IMG/VR virus record: IMGVR_UViG_2850756110_000006
DNA length: 36,404 nt
Source: a virus
Lineage: Duplodnaviria > Heunggongvirae > Uroviricota > Caudoviricetes
Direction: 5' to 3' (one strand)
Part shown: positions 18,950 to 28,830 of the stretch, piece by piece
Layout: each line of letters starts with the position of its first letter
Numbering within the stretch: the first letter of the stretch is position 1
Notes under the pieces: model-generated
Told to the model about the DNA's origin: nothing
Databases searched by the model: none
What the model saw: only the letters and a program-made list of their open reading frames with translations
Made by a program: the position numbers and the translations under genes

Positions 18950-19353
18950 TTCTTATCATCTTGGCTATAATCATTCCCTCCCCGCTGATATACTATGGAA
19001 TGCATAAATTACCAGCTCTCGAAACGACAAATGCTGCCACATATTTTATGTCAGCACTACCTTTTGCATCAGTTACATTGATTTTCATGTATTACTTTAG
19101 AGTTGTACTGCTAAATCATATATCGTTACGAACTCAGATTATGCAAATAGAACTCAGAAAGAGCCTTTGTCAGTTCATTCAGAGTTATAGCGACTATTCC
19201 TCAGAGATAAGGAAAAACAATCCGGAAGCGCTTTCAAAATTCGAAGACGTAGTATTTTCAAACATCATGCTATCCGATGATAAGATACCATCTACATTTG
19301 ATGGCATTGAGCAAATAGCATCGTTAATCAATTCATTAAAAAATGGAAAGTAA
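18934..19353 (+). CDS. Small membrane protein (139 aa, two predicted N-terminal TM helices), overlapping the preceding gene by 16 nt
   Basis: ATG at 18934 overlaps the upstream stop at 18947-18949; hydrophobic MLSRIILIILAIIIPSPLIYYG and YFMSALPFASVTLIFMYYFRVVLL. Confidence 0.65.
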   Translation: MLSRIILIILAIIIPSPLIYYGMHKLPALETTNAATYFMSALPFASVTLIFMYYFRVVLLNHISLRTQIMQIELRKSLCQFIQSYSDYSSEIRKNNPEALSKFEDVVFSNIMLSDDKIPSTFDGIEQIASLINSLKNGK

Positions 19354-19356
19354 TGA

Positions 19357-19384
19357 TAAAAGGCCAATAACTGGCCTTTTATTT
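19357..19384. terminator. Bidirectional rho-independent terminator between the cassette and S
   Basis: AAAAGGCCA-ATAAC-TGGCCTTTT flanked by an A-run on one side and a T-run on the other. Confidence 0.7.
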
Positions 19385-19455
19385 ATTAACATGAAAATTC
19401 AAAATAAATTATGCTAATCAATTGATTTCTATCTTATATTCTCAGATGATTAAAG

Positions 19456-19908
19456 CTAACGATTCAGGTGAGCCAGGATAATCTCTTCAATCATCTGCAC
19501 ATCCTCACCGGTAAAGCCGAGCAGAGGACGCGCCGGATATTCAATTTTCTTACCGTCTTTCCGGGTTTCTTCCGACAGACCGAACTGATGCACACTGGCT
19601 ATTTTCGGTGACTTCCCGCCGTAAAACTCCATTGATGCCTGTTCAGGGCTGGCGCGGATATGCAAAAAACGACTGGTGATAAGTTTCGCAAACATTTTTC
19701 GCTTAACGCGACCGGTCTTTTTTCTGGCGCTCTGCTGCTGGCGTGGTGCGTAGGGTGTGCCGTCCGGGGCTTTCTGTGCCATCACCCGACGCTGCTGACT
19801 CTGACGCAGACGTTTCGCCAGTTCGGCGCTCAGTCGCCGACGCCCTGACGGTGACAGCGACTCAATCAGTCCGGTCAGCCTGTCTTCAAAACGCTTAAAC
19901 TCATTCAT
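19456..19908 (-). CDS. S: Tail completion protein S (150 aa)
   Basis: Matches P2 gpS. Confidence 0.95.
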   Translation of the reverse strand: MNEFKRFEDRLTGLIESLSPSGRRRLSAELAKRLRQSQQRRVMAQKAPDGTPYAPRQQQSARKKTGRVKRKMFAKLITSRFLHIRASPEQASMEFYGGKSPKIASVHQFGLSEETRKDGKKIEYPARPLLGFTGEDVQMIEEIILAHLNR

Positions 19909-20368
19909 CCCACTTACTCACCAGTTCGCCATTGATATAAAGCTCCATCGGGCGGGTGACCGGCTCCGGCGGCGGAGGTTCCGGGATATTCTTCACATGC
20001 AGCGCGCCGTCCACCTCACTGACCAGCGTGCGCTCGGTCAGCATCAGGCTGATGCTGATATCAAAGCTGCTGTCATTGTTGATGTCTGCATAAAACGTGA
20101 AGCCCTTTTTCTGGCCTTCGTCGGTGGTCATGATGTCGGGCTGATTTTCCCGCAGCCACGCCAGCACCGGCACGATGAGCAGGTCAAAATCACCGGTAAA
20201 GTCGGTCACAATGACATTGAGCGTGTAACGCTTTTCGAACGACAGCGACGTCGCCAGTGTGGAGGCAATACTCCCGTTATCCACGAATATCCGCAGCATA
20301 TCGGGGTTAGTTTTCAGCACCGTGACGGCATCAGTCAGCGCCCTGCGCAGGCTGTCGGGTTTGAGCAT
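19901..20368 (-). CDS. R: Tail completion protein R (155 aa)
   Basis: Matches P2 gpR. Confidence 0.95.
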   Translation of the reverse strand: MLKPDSLRRALTDAVTVLKTNPDMLRIFVDNGSIASTLATSLSFEKRYTLNVIVTDFTGDFDLLIVPVLAWLRENQPDIMTTDEGQKKGFTFYADINNDSSFDISISLMLTERTLVSEVDGALHVKNIPEPPPPEPVTRPMELYINGELVSKWDE

Positions 20369-20621
20369 CGTTTTCGTCCTGACAGTGTTTAATCATTTTT
20401 ACCTGGCTGGCACAGCGTGCCAGCGCGTTCTCAAGCTGCCGGATATCGGCACTTAAATCGCCGTTCTTCTGCGGGTCACTGCCCGGCATCGGGCAAAGGC
20501 TCACTTTCGGGCAGGCGTTGGCGACAATCACTGGCGTCAGTGCAGGCCGGACGCTGGTGCAACCGGCGCACAGCATCAGGCAGGTCAGCGCCATACCAGC
20601 GGCGGAAATCCTCGTTTTCAT
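20331..20621 (-). CDS. lysC: LysC, outer-membrane spanin lipoprotein (Rz1-like, 96 aa), embedded in the lysB reading region
   Basis: MKTRISAAGMALTCLMLCAGC lipobox; ATG at 20621 with GAGG SD; out-of-frame overlap with lysB. Confidence 0.85.
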   Translation of the reverse strand: MKTRISAAGMALTCLMLCAGCTSVRPALTPVIVANACPKVSLCPMPGSDPQKNGDLSADIRQLENALARCASQVKMIKHCQDENDAQTRQPAQGAD

Positions 20622-20901
20622 TAAGTAACCTCGTGATGGTTTTCTCGCGCAGTGCTTCACGCTTCGCGGCGTTCTCCAGTTCCTGACGCAGTGCCACCTG
20701 CGCCAGCTCGTTTTTGTCTGCCCTGGTGAGTGCAACATGAAGCTGATTTTTCAGCATGGTGATGGTCGTCTGCTGCCCGCTGGCGACGCTGTTCGCCCTG
20801 TCCAGTGAGGTGCGCAGGCTGGCATTTTCATGCTTCACCAGAAACAGCCCCGGCACCGCCAGTGATAACAACACAACCAGCACAATCATCAGCTTTGACA
20901 T
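20476..20901 (-). CDS. lysB: LysB, inner-membrane spanin (Rz-like, 141 aa)
   Basis: N-terminal TM helix then coiled-coil; matches P2 LysB. Confidence 0.9.
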   Translation of the reverse strand: MSKLMIVLVVLLSLAVPGLFLVKHENASLRTSLDRANSVASGQQTTITMLKNQLHVALTRADKNELAQVALRQELENAAKREALREKTITRLLNENEDFRRWYGADLPDAVRRLHQRPACTDASDCRQRLPESEPLPDAGQ

Positions 20902-21314
20902 GGTTCCCGCCCCTCAAAACGCTGACGGCAGGCCGTACGTATCAGCCGGAAGAACACCGACGCCACAAGATAAATCAGCGCGGTAAAAATCCACCCGGCA
21001 GCGACCAGCGCGATAAACGTCGCCACCATCACCACCAGAGCCGCCGCCCGTCTGCGCCACGGCACCGGCTGCAAAAACAGCGACGTGACAATCTTCACGG
21101 CCAGCGATTCCGGCGGCAGCTCCCGCCCGTAGCGTTCCAGCACATACTCAGTGGCATACACCCCGACACCACCGGTAACCACACAGATAACCGTCGCCAG
21201 AATCGCCCAGGCGGCGACAAAATTGACGGCCACGCTCTGCGGGTAAATCAGGGACAGTGCCAGCATCAGCGCCAGCGACACGTTCAGCATCTGTGAAAGG
21301 GATAATTTCTTCAT
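20889..21314 (-). CDS. lysA: LysA, lysis timing/antiholin-like membrane protein (141 aa)
   Basis: Multi-TM 141-aa protein in the P2 lysA position. Confidence 0.85.
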   Translation of the reverse strand: MKKLSLSQMLNVSLALMLALSLIYPQSVAVNFVAAWAILATVICVVTGGVGVYATEYVLERYGRELPPESLAVKIVTSLFLQPVPWRRRAAALVVMVATFIALVAAGWIFTALIYLVASVFFRLIRTACRQRFEGREPCQS

Positions 21315-21328
21315 GGTGTTTACTCCGT

Positions 21329-21826
21329 TTAAGCCGGTACGCCGCCAGCGGTACGCCAGACGGTGACCAGTTTTTCCAGTGAATGCTCACGCTGACCGTA
21401 ACCGGCACCCGGCAGGGACGCCCAGATATTGCGACAGCGTGAAATGGCGCGCTCAATACGTCCCGCCCGGATGTCATCCAGCGCACCGCGTTCGCGGATC
21501 AACTGAATGGCGAGTCTGTCCTGTGACAACGGACTGAAATCCGGCAGGGCAAGCTGTTTGCGGTAATGCGGCCAGAACAGGTAAAGCTGCTGATAGCGAC
21601 CGGAGGCCGTGGATTTTTCACCGCGACGGTTAAACACCTTCGCCGGTCGGCCATGTGCGAACGGGTGGTCACTGTAGTCGGTGAAAATTTCCGGCTTTCC
21701 GTCCAGTCCGGTGACTATCACGTCATAGCCCCGGTTTTTCGTCAGCGGATGGTTCGCCGTCCCTTCGGACACGGCCAGCATGTCGAGAAAGGCGGCGATA
21801 TTCTGATGCGTGTTAATAACCGGCAT
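21329..21826 (-). CDS. K: Endolysin K (lysozyme, 165 aa)
   Basis: Matches P2 gpK. Confidence 0.95.
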   Translation of the reverse strand: MPVINTHQNIAAFLDMLAVSEGTANHPLTKNRGYDVIVTGLDGKPEIFTDYSDHPFAHGRPAKVFNRRGEKSTASGRYQQLYLFWPHYRKQLALPDFSPLSQDRLAIQLIRERGALDDIRAGRIERAISRCRNIWASLPGAGYGQREHSLEKLVTVWRTAGGVPA

Positions 21827-22107
21827 TACGGTTTCCCCCTGCCCTTAAAGCGGCGCTGAATGGCAATCTCAATCACCTGATAACCGGCGATACCCAGCAT
21901 GGAGCCGATGCCGCACACCGCAGGCAATGACAGGTCAGGAAACTGCACCAGAACAACACCGGCAACCATCGAGACAAAACCACCGAGCAACATGCGCCCG
22001 ATAAACAGACGCGGGGTGATGGGTTCACCACCGGCAAGCACCTTGCCGACAACAATCAGCACCCCAATCATGAAAAGCGACAGGACGCTTTTTTCTTCTG
22101 CTGTCAT
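21826..22107 (-). CDS. Y: Holin Y (93 aa)
   Basis: Matches P2 gpY; TM-rich. Confidence 0.9.
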   Translation of the reverse strand: MTAEEKSVLSLFMIGVLIVVGKVLAGGEPITPRLFIGRMLLGGFVSMVAGVVLVQFPDLSLPAVCGIGSMLGIAGYQVIEIAIQRRFKGRGKP

Positions 22108-22110
22108 GCG

Positions 22111-22314
22111 TTACTCCCACAGATTGACAGTTTCAGCCACGGGCGCGGTCTGAACGTCGGGCAGTTCGACGGCGGTGCCGTGCGGCAGCACCGCGCCCAG
22201 TTCAGCCAGTCCCGGATTTGCGGCGAGCACGGTCTCAACCACGCCCTCAGTGCGCCCGTAATACCGGACACAAATGGCGTCGAGCGTGTCGCCCTGTAGC
22301 GCAAAGGTCTTCAT
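22111..22314 (-). CDS. X: Tail protein X (67 aa, LysM-like)
   Basis: MKTFALQGDTLDAICVRYYGRTEGVVETVLAANPGLAELG... matches P2 gpX; ATG overlaps L stop (ATGA). Confidence 0.9.
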   Translation of the reverse strand: MKTFALQGDTLDAICVRYYGRTEGVVETVLAANPGLAELGAVLPHGTAVELPDVQTAPVAETVNLWE

Positions 22315-22823
22315 CAGATTTGACTCACGATGCAGCGCGGCTTGTCCTGGATGCGCGCCACCGCCCAGCGCATATCCCGCCACAGCTCATCAATGGTGCT
22401 GTCAATGCTGTCAGCCTTCTTGTCGCCTTTCGCACTGGCATCCACGCCGCGATAACGCTCATACAGCGACGCGGTCGCCATCGCACACACGGCGCGCTCG
22501 TAGTAAAAAACCCTGATGCTTTCACCGTCGATGTCGTCCGCCGGGACGTCCGCCAGACGCGTAAAACCGGCGGCAATTTTCTGTTCGCGGTACTCGTACA
22601 GCTCCGCATTTGTTTCCGCCATGCCTGACTTGATGGCCTCACGCAGACGGGCGGGGGCGACAGTCTGCTCAAGGCGCATACGTTCCCGGACGCGCTTCGG
22701 GTCGATATCGGGAAAAAAGAACGTGTTTTTAATCACCGGCTCGTCGCCTGCCGGTTGCGGGATGACCACCGTACCCTCACCGGACACGGGAGCCTCCTTT
22801 CGCGGAATAATCAGCGTCATCAT
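22314..22823 (-). CDS. L: Head completion protein L (169 aa)
   Basis: MMTLIIPRKEAPVSGEG... matches P2 gpL; GAGG SD before the ATG at 22823. Confidence 0.9.
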   Translation of the reverse strand: MMTLIIPRKEAPVSGEGTVVIPQPAGDEPVIKNTFFFPDIDPKRVRERMRLEQTVAPARLREAIKSGMAETNAELYEYREQKIAAGFTRLADVPADDIDGESIRVFYYERAVCAMATASLYERYRGVDASAKGDKKADSIDSTIDELWRDMRWAVARIQDKPRCIVSQI

Positions 22824-22922
22824 GACTACCTCTGAAAAGTCGGGCGGTGGACGCCGGTGCAGTGTCAGATGATTCACCCTCACTGACCGGCGTGCCGCCC
22901 TGGCGCGGGGCGCATTCGGTTG

Positions 22923-23672
22923 TTAACTGGCTTTCTTTTTCGGGCGTCCACGTTTTGCCGGTGTCACGCTCCGGGTCTTACGCGGGGTACGGGTGGCCGC
23001 TTTTGGCTGCGGCTGCGGCTCCGGCTTCGGTTTCAGCTCCCGCTCCAGTCGTTCAATCTCTTTTTTGACGCCTGCCTGACAGTCGAGCTGTGTCGCACGT
23101 TGCAGGTGCGCCAGCGCACCGGCGGCATCACCACCGTCACGCAGAAACAGACCGGTGATTTTGTGCAGCTTTGCGCGCACTTCATCAGGCATGTCAGCAG
23201 CGGCAGTCAGTTCAAGGGTCTCCGTCAGCAGGCGGGTATCCACAGACTCACCGGCAGCGTGGGCACGCATGGCCGCAAGCGCGACCTCCTCGGTGAACAT
23301 GTACGGCGGGGTGCGGCGGTGTTTACCCGGCATGGTCAGACCGTACTTCAGGGCATAACGGGCAATCTCCAGCGCACCGGCAATATCGCCGGTATCCAGA
23401 CGCCACAGCATGACCGTCATCAGAATGTCATCCTGTGCACCTTTGCCCTGCTCCAGCACGCCGTTCACCCACGGCAACCAGAACGGCAGCAGTTCGCGTT
23501 TTTTCGCGGCCTTCAGCTCTTTTGAATAAATCGCTTTCAGTGTGCGCTGGTCTGCGGCGAGCTTAACCAGCATCTGCTCATAGACAGTTGCATGTCGCAG
23601 CGGGGCGGCTTCCCGCTGCGCGGTCATCGCTGCCGAGACCCGCATCATGTGGCGCTGTGCGGGACTCGTCAT
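22923..23672 (-). CDS. M: Terminase small/endonuclease subunit M (249 aa)
   Basis: Matches P2 gpM. Confidence 0.9.
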   Translation of the reverse strand: MTSPAQRHMMRVSAAMTAQREAAPLRHATVYEQMLVKLAADQRTLKAIYSKELKAAKKRELLPFWLPWVNGVLEQGKGAQDDILMTVMLWRLDTGDIAGALEIARYALKYGLTMPGKHRRTPPYMFTEEVALAAMRAHAAGESVDTRLLTETLELTAAADMPDEVRAKLHKITGLFLRDGGDAAGALAHLQRATQLDCQAGVKKEIERLERELKPKPEPQPQPKAATRTPRKTRSVTPAKRGRPKKKAS

Positions 23673-23675
23673 CGG

Positions 23676-24749
23676 TTACGCTCCCGGCTCTGCGGTCGCT
23701 TTAGCCGGTGTGGAGAAGTCACCGACCTTGATTTTTTCCACCAGACAACCGGCGGCGTAGTCTTCCACCACGTAATCAATGTTCATTGACTCGTAGTTCT
23801 CCACGCGGTCGAGTTTCGGGTTTTCCACAATCACGCGGCGATGGCTGTCATCCATGTAGTAGATGGACAGGTTTTCCAGCTTCGTGATGAGCATCGCATC
23901 CGCCGGGAAGTACGGGACGCGCACTGCCGGCAGGTTACCGATGCGTTTCTGGCTGATGATGACGTCAGCGGCCAGCATCTCGCTGTTGTCCTGCTCCTTG
24001 TTGACGATGGGGAAATACTTGTCCGCCAGTAGCTGACGCCCCACAATCACCACAAGGTCAGGGTCTTCCTGATACCACGGCTCAATCAGGTTGTTGGTCG
24101 CATCCATCACCAGTGCATCGAGGCTGGCATAATCACCGCCCTTACCCACGCGGATGACCTCAGAGGTCGTGTGACCTTCCTCGTCAGTAACCTTGCTCAT
24201 CACGCGCGCCGGGGCTTCATTGCGGTATTTCTGCAGCCAGCCGACCGCCACATCCTGCAGCATCTGGTTACTGCTGCGGTCAGAGGTTTCGGCACGCCTC
24301 ACGCCGTTAAAACCGGCCATGATTAAATCAAGGGACTGGCGTTTGATAATGGCGTTACGGACACGGAGCTGGAAATCCTGATAACGCGCCCACAGGTCCA
24401 GCGTTTTGTAGCGGATATAAAAATCGAAGTTAATCTGGTCGCATTCGTACTTGTTTGACGCCAGCTTCGAGAAGTCCTTCGGCTGACGCTCGGTGCCACC
24501 GGCGGTGTCGGTGGTGCTGGCGATGGAGCCGGTGACACCAATACCAATTTTTTCCCCTTTCATTTCGCTGACCGGCACAATGTTGATGCGGGTCAGAAAG
24601 TCAGAGGACTCCTGCATGGTGTTCATCAGGGTCTGGGTGACCGACGGTTCAACGGTGAATTTTTTCGACACATCACCGGCGTCGATGCCGTTCAGTTCGG
24701 CAACACGGGACAGGTAGGCATTAAATTTAAAGCGGGTTTCCTGGCGCAT
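23676..24749 (-). CDS. N: Major capsid protein N (357 aa)
   Basis: Matches P2 gpN. Confidence 0.95.
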   Translation of the reverse strand: MRQETRFKFNAYLSRVAELNGIDAGDVSKKFTVEPSVTQTLMNTMQESSDFLTRINIVPVSEMKGEKIGIGVTGSIASTTDTAGGTERQPKDFSKLASNKYECDQINFDFYIRYKTLDLWARYQDFQLRVRNAIIKRQSLDLIMAGFNGVRRAETSDRSSNQMLQDVAVGWLQKYRNEAPARVMSKVTDEEGHTTSEVIRVGKGGDYASLDALVMDATNNLIEPWYQEDPDLVVIVGRQLLADKYFPIVNKEQDNSEMLAADVIISQKRIGNLPAVRVPYFPADAMLITKLENLSIYYMDDSHRRVIVENPKLDRVENYESMNIDYVVEDYAAGCLVEKIKVGDFSTPAKATAEPGA

Positions 24750-24807
24750 AGTTTTTCCTGAAATTAAGGGTTAATCGTGAAGGTTTTCCCGGACTGACTG
24801 ACGCCGG

Positions 24808-25662
24808 TCAGCAGTTCGTCATCAGGGCGTCACCGCCACCACCGGTGGCCTTGCTGCGGCGCTGCTGGGTCAGACTTTCGGTGTTGTCGAGACTGTTTTT
24901 CAGGCGGCTGAATGCCTGACTGGTTTCATCCGCCCTGTCAGTCACCTCCTGCTTAAGTGCGGAAAAGGCGGTTTCCACCTCAGCGAGGCGCTGCTCAGTG
25001 GCGCTCAGTTTTTCCTGCACATGTTCAGCAACAGCGGTCACCGCTTCATGCACGTCATTCAGACGGGCGTCATCGCTGGCCTGTTTGCGGCCAAAAATGG
25101 ATTTCACCTTTTCGGTCAGGGCGGTGAACACGGTTTCAGGCAGGTCTTCAAATTCCAGCTCAACGGGCGTTGCCACTGAAATCAGGTTTTCAGGGCTTAA
25201 TTTGAAGCGGTTCAGGGGGTTGTGTTTTGCCGTGCGGCAGAATTCCAGGTATTCCGTGCCGAGGCTTGCCGGGTCATCGGTGACGGCCAGCCCCACCAGA
25301 TAACATTTGCCGGTGTTGGCAAAGTTCGGCTGAATTTCCATTGAGGTGTAGACCTTCTGCGCGGCCTTGTTCATCGCGATAAGGTCATCGGTCGGGGTGA
25401 TTTTCGCAAACAGCGCCCATTTGCCTTTCAGCGCCGAATCGTCATCAATCTTTTCGGCCTTCAGTTCGACCACATCGCCATAACGTTTAAAAATACCGTC
25501 AGGCAGGATGCCGCGCAGATGTTCCAGGTTAATGCGGCAACCGTAGACACGCGGGTCAAAGGTTTCGGCCATTTCCTGAATATCCTGCGCACTGATGACA
25601 CGCCCGTCACAGGTGTCACCCTCAACGCCGATACGAAAGAATTTTGAGACTTTTTTTGCCAT
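24808..25662 (-). CDS. O: Capsid scaffold/protease O (284 aa)
   Basis: MAKKVSKFFRIGVEGDTCDGRVISAQDIQEMAETFDP... matches P2 gpO; track start is an upstream extension. Confidence 0.9.
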   Translation of the reverse strand: MAKKVSKFFRIGVEGDTCDGRVISAQDIQEMAETFDPRVYGCRINLEHLRGILPDGIFKRYGDVVELKAEKIDDDSALKGKWALFAKITPTDDLIAMNKAAQKVYTSMEIQPNFANTGKCYLVGLAVTDDPASLGTEYLEFCRTAKHNPLNRFKLSPENLISVATPVELEFEDLPETVFTALTEKVKSIFGRKQASDDARLNDVHEAVTAVAEHVQEKLSATEQRLAEVETAFSALKQEVTDRADETSQAFSRLKNSLDNTESLTQQRRSKATGGGGDALMTNC

Positions 25663-25835
25663 TGTCAGGAGTCCTGAATAGTGATTAGAGGAGTCACATG
25701 TCGGCATCAGTTTCCCGACGATGCGCATCCTCCGCCATCAGTCCCGGATGGCTTATCACTGACACAACAGCACCTTAGCGAATCGCGGGGCGCGACTCAG
25801 TAGCCTTGCCGTGTATTCATCACGGCGAGGTATTC
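25663..25835. promoter_or_regulatory. Divergent late promoter region between O and P
   Basis: Intergenic position between divergently transcribed late operons as in P2; no site consensus verified. Confidence 0.4.
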
Positions 25836-27608
25836 ATGACCATCACCACAGACACCACTCTTTTACACGACCCGCGTCGTCAGGCGGCGCTGCTGTACTG
25901 GCAGGGATTTTCCGTGCCGCAGATTGCCGCCATGTTGCAGATGAAACGCCCGACGGTGCAGAGCTGGAAGCAGCGCGACGGCTGGGACAGCGTTGCCCCC
26001 ATCAGCCGTGTCGAAATGAGTCTGGAAGCGCGGCTGACCCAGCTCATCATCAAACCGCAGAAAACCGGCGGTGACTTCAAGGAAATTGACCTGCTCGGAC
26101 GCCAGATTGAACGACTGGCACGGGTCAACCGTTACAGTCAGACCGGCAACGAGGCAGACCTTAATCCGAACGTCGCTAACCGCAACAAAGGCGGGCGTCG
26201 CAAACCGAAAAAGAATTTTTTCAGTGACGAGGCCATCGAAAAGCTGGAGCAGATTTTCTTTGAGCAGTCTTTCGACTATCAGTTGCACTGGTATCGCGCC
26301 GGGCTTGAGCACCGCATCCGCGATATCCTGAAATCCCGCCAGATTGGCGCGACGTTTTATTTTTCCCGCGAGGCGCTGCTGCGCGCCCTGAAAACCGGCC
26401 ATAACCAGATTTTTCTGTCGGCCAGTAAAACGCAGGCGTATGTGTTCCGTGAATACATCATCGCCTTTGCCCGTCTGGTTGACGTTGACCTTACCGGTGA
26501 CCCGATTGTCCTGGGCAATAACGGCGCAAAACTGATTTTTCTCGGCACCAACTCCAACACCGCACAGAGCCATAACGGCGACCTGTACGTCGATGAGATT
26601 TTCTGGATCCCGAATTTTCAGGTACTGCGTAAGGTGGCATCAGGTATGGCCTCACAGAGCCACCTGCGCTCGACCTATTTCTCCACCCCGTCCACGCTGG
26701 CGCACGACGCCTACCCGTTCTGGTCGGGTGAACTGTTCAACCGGGGACGCGCCAGCGCCGCCGAACGCGTGGAAATCGACGTCAGTCATAACGCCCTTGC
26801 CGGAGGTCTTCTCTGTGCGGACGGCCAGTGGCGGCAGATTGTCACCATTGAGGACGCCCTGAAAGGCGGCTGCACGCTGTTCGACATTGAGCAGCTCAAA
26901 CGCGAAAACAGCGCCGACGATTTTAAAAACCTGTTCATGTGTGAATTTGTTGACGACAAGGCATCGGTGTTCCCGTTCGAGGAGCTGCAACGCTGCATGG
27001 TCGACACGCTGGAAGAATGGGAAGACTATGCACCCTTTGCCGCCAATCCGTTCGGCTCCCGCCCGGTATGGATTGGTTACGACCCGTCACACCGTGGCGA
27101 CAGTGCCGGATGCGTGGTGCTGGCACCGCCGGTGGTGGCCGGTGGCAAATTCAGAATACTTGAGCGTCACCAGTGGAAAGGCATGGACTTTGCCACCCAG
27201 GCTGAATCCATCCGCAAACTCACCGAAAAATATAACGTCGAATACATCGGTATTGATGCCACCGGCCTCGGTGTCGGCGTGTTCCAGCTCGTGCGCTCGT
27301 TCTATCCTGCCGCGCGCGATATCCGCTACACACCGGAAATGAAAACCGCAATGGTGCTCAAGGCAAAAGACGTTATCCGCCGTGGCTGTCTGGAATATGA
27401 CGTCAGCGCCACCGACATCACCAGCTCGTTTATGGCTATCCGCAAGACCATGACCAGCAGCGGACGCATCGCCACCTATGAGGCCAGCCGCAGCGAGGAA
27501 GCCAGCCACGCCGACCTCGCCTGGGCGACCATGCACGCCCTGTTAAATGAGCCACTCACCGCCGGTATCAGCACCCCGCTGACATCCACCATTCTGGAGT
27601 TTTACTGA
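25836..27608 (+). CDS. P: Terminase large subunit (ATPase) P (590 aa)
   Basis: MTITTDTTLLHDPRRQAALLYWQGFSVPQIAAML... matches P2 gpP; GGCGAGG SD; stop overlaps the Q start (TGATG). Confidence 0.95.
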   Translation: MTITTDTTLLHDPRRQAALLYWQGFSVPQIAAMLQMKRPTVQSWKQRDGWDSVAPISRVEMSLEARLTQLIIKPQKTGGDFKEIDLLGRQIERLARVNRYSQTGNEADLNPNVANRNKGGRRKPKKNFFSDEAIEKLEQIFFEQSFDYQLHWYRAGLEHRIRDILKSRQIGATFYFSREALLRALKTGHNQIFLSASKTQAYVFREYIIAFARLVDVDLTGDPIVLGNNGAKLIFLGTNSNTAQSHNGDLYVDEIFWIPNFQVLRKVASGMASQSHLRSTYFSTPSTLAHDAYPFWSGELFNRGRASAAERVEIDVSHNALAGGLLCADGQWRQIVTIEDALKGGCTLFDIEQLKRENSADDFKNLFMCEFVDDKASVFPFEELQRCMVDTLEEWEDYAPFAANPFGSRPVWIGYDPSHRGDSAGCVVLAPPVVAGGKFRILERHQWKGMDFATQAESIRKLTEKYNVEYIGIDATGLGVGVFQLVRSFYPAARDIRYTPEMKTAMVLKAKDVIRRGCLEYDVSATDITSSFMAIRKTMTSSGRIATYEASRSEEASHADLAWATMHALLNEPLTAGISTPLTSTILEFY

Positions 27609-28642
27609 TGAGCAAGAAAAAAGGGAAAACACCGCAACCTGCGGCAAAAAAAATGACCGCCAGCGCCCCGAAAATGGAGGCATTCACCTTTGGTGAGCCG
27701 GTGCCGGTACTCGACCGCCGTGACATTCTGGATTACGTCGAGTGCATCAGTAACGGCAGATGGTATGAGCCACCGGTCAGCTTTACCGGTCTGGCAAAAA
27801 GTCTGCGTGCTGCCGTGCATCACAGCTCACCGATTTACGTTAAACGCAATATTCTGGCCTCGACATTTATCCCGCATCCGTGGCTTTCCCAGCAGGATTT
27901 CAGCCGCTTTGTGCTGGATTTTCTGGTGTTCGGTAATGCGTTTCTGGAAAAGCGATACAGCACCACCGGTAAGGTCATCAGACTGGAAACCTCACCGGCA
28001 AAATATACCCGCCGTGGTGTGGAGGAGGATGTTTACTGGTGGGTACCGTCCTTCAACGAGCCGACACCTTTCACGCCCGGCTCCGTATTTCACCTGCTGG
28101 AGCCCGATATTAATCAGGAGCTGTACGGCCTGCCGGAATATCTCAGCGCCCTTAACTCTGCCTGGCTGAATGAATCGGCCACGCTGTTCCGCCGCAAGTA
28201 TTACGAAAACGGCGCACATGCCGGATACATCATGTACGTCACCGATGCCGTGCAGGATCGCAACGATATCGAAATGCTCCGCGAAAACATGGTGAAGTCG
28301 AAAGGCCGCAACAACTTTAAAAACCTGTTTCTCTATGCCCCACAGGGGAAAGCCGACGGCATTAAAATTATCCCGCTCAGTGAAGTGGCAACGAAGGACG
28401 ATTTTTTTAATATCAAAAAAGCCAGCGCCGCTGACCTGCTGGACGCGCACCGCATCCCCTTTCAGTTGATGGGCGGCAAGCCGGAGAACGTCGGGTCGCT
28501 GGGCGATATTGAGAAAGTGGCAAAGGTCTTTGTCCGCAATGAGCTTATCCCGCTACAGGACAGGATCCGCGAGATAAACGGCTGGCTCGGCCAGGAAGTC
28601 ATCCGCTTTAAAAACTACTCACTGGACACTGACAACAGCTGA
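27608..28642 (+). CDS. Q: Portal protein Q (344 aa)
   Basis: Matches P2 gpQ. Confidence 0.95.
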   Translation: MSKKKGKTPQPAAKKMTASAPKMEAFTFGEPVPVLDRRDILDYVECISNGRWYEPPVSFTGLAKSLRAAVHHSSPIYVKRNILASTFIPHPWLSQQDFSRFVLDFLVFGNAFLEKRYSTTGKVIRLETSPAKYTRRGVEEDVYWWVPSFNEPTPFTPGSVFHLLEPDINQELYGLPEYLSALNSAWLNESATLFRRKYYENGAHAGYIMYVTDAVQDRNDIEMLRENMVKSKGRNNFKNLFLYAPQGKADGIKIIPLSEVATKDDFFNIKKASAADLLDAHRIPFQLMGGKPENVGSLGDIEKVAKVFVRNELIPLQDRIREINGWLGQEVIRFKNYSLDTDNS

Positions 28643-28647
28643 ACATC

Positions 28648-28668
28648 GCCGCCTGCGGGCGGCTTTTT
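28648..28668 (+). terminator. Rho-independent terminator after Q
   Basis: GCCGCC-TGC-GGGCGGC followed by TTTTT. Confidence 0.7.
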
Positions 28669-28811
28669 ACACCCCGTCATCACGCCCTCATACGCTCACC
28701 ACCGCACAAAACACCCCGCAGACACACCAACGGCCCCGGCGAACAATCTAAACGCCATCACGACGCGCTCAGACGCTGAAAAAATAAAATCAGCACCACC
28801 GCCAGCGCGCA

Positions 28812-28830
28812 GTGCTTTCCCCGCCTCGCC
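28812..28830. other. cos: cos site (19-nt cohesive-end sequence)
   Basis: GTGCTTTCCCCGCCTCGCC is the reverse complement of the recalled P2 cohesive end GGCGAGGCGGGGAAAGCAC. Confidence 0.75.

Noticed and set aside
792-28450. Many antisense or shadow ORFs from the six-frame track inside phage structural genes (for example 1120-1689 +, 2462-3196 +, 14599-15243 +, 15575-16285 +, 16119-16700 +, 22218-22628 +, 22920-23525 +, 25863-26573 -, 27087-27536 -, 27992-28450 -)
   Set aside because: They lie wholly within well-supported P2-type genes on the opposite strand or another frame, in GC-rich DNA where long spurious ORFs are expected; none has a ribosome-binding site or a recognisable product.
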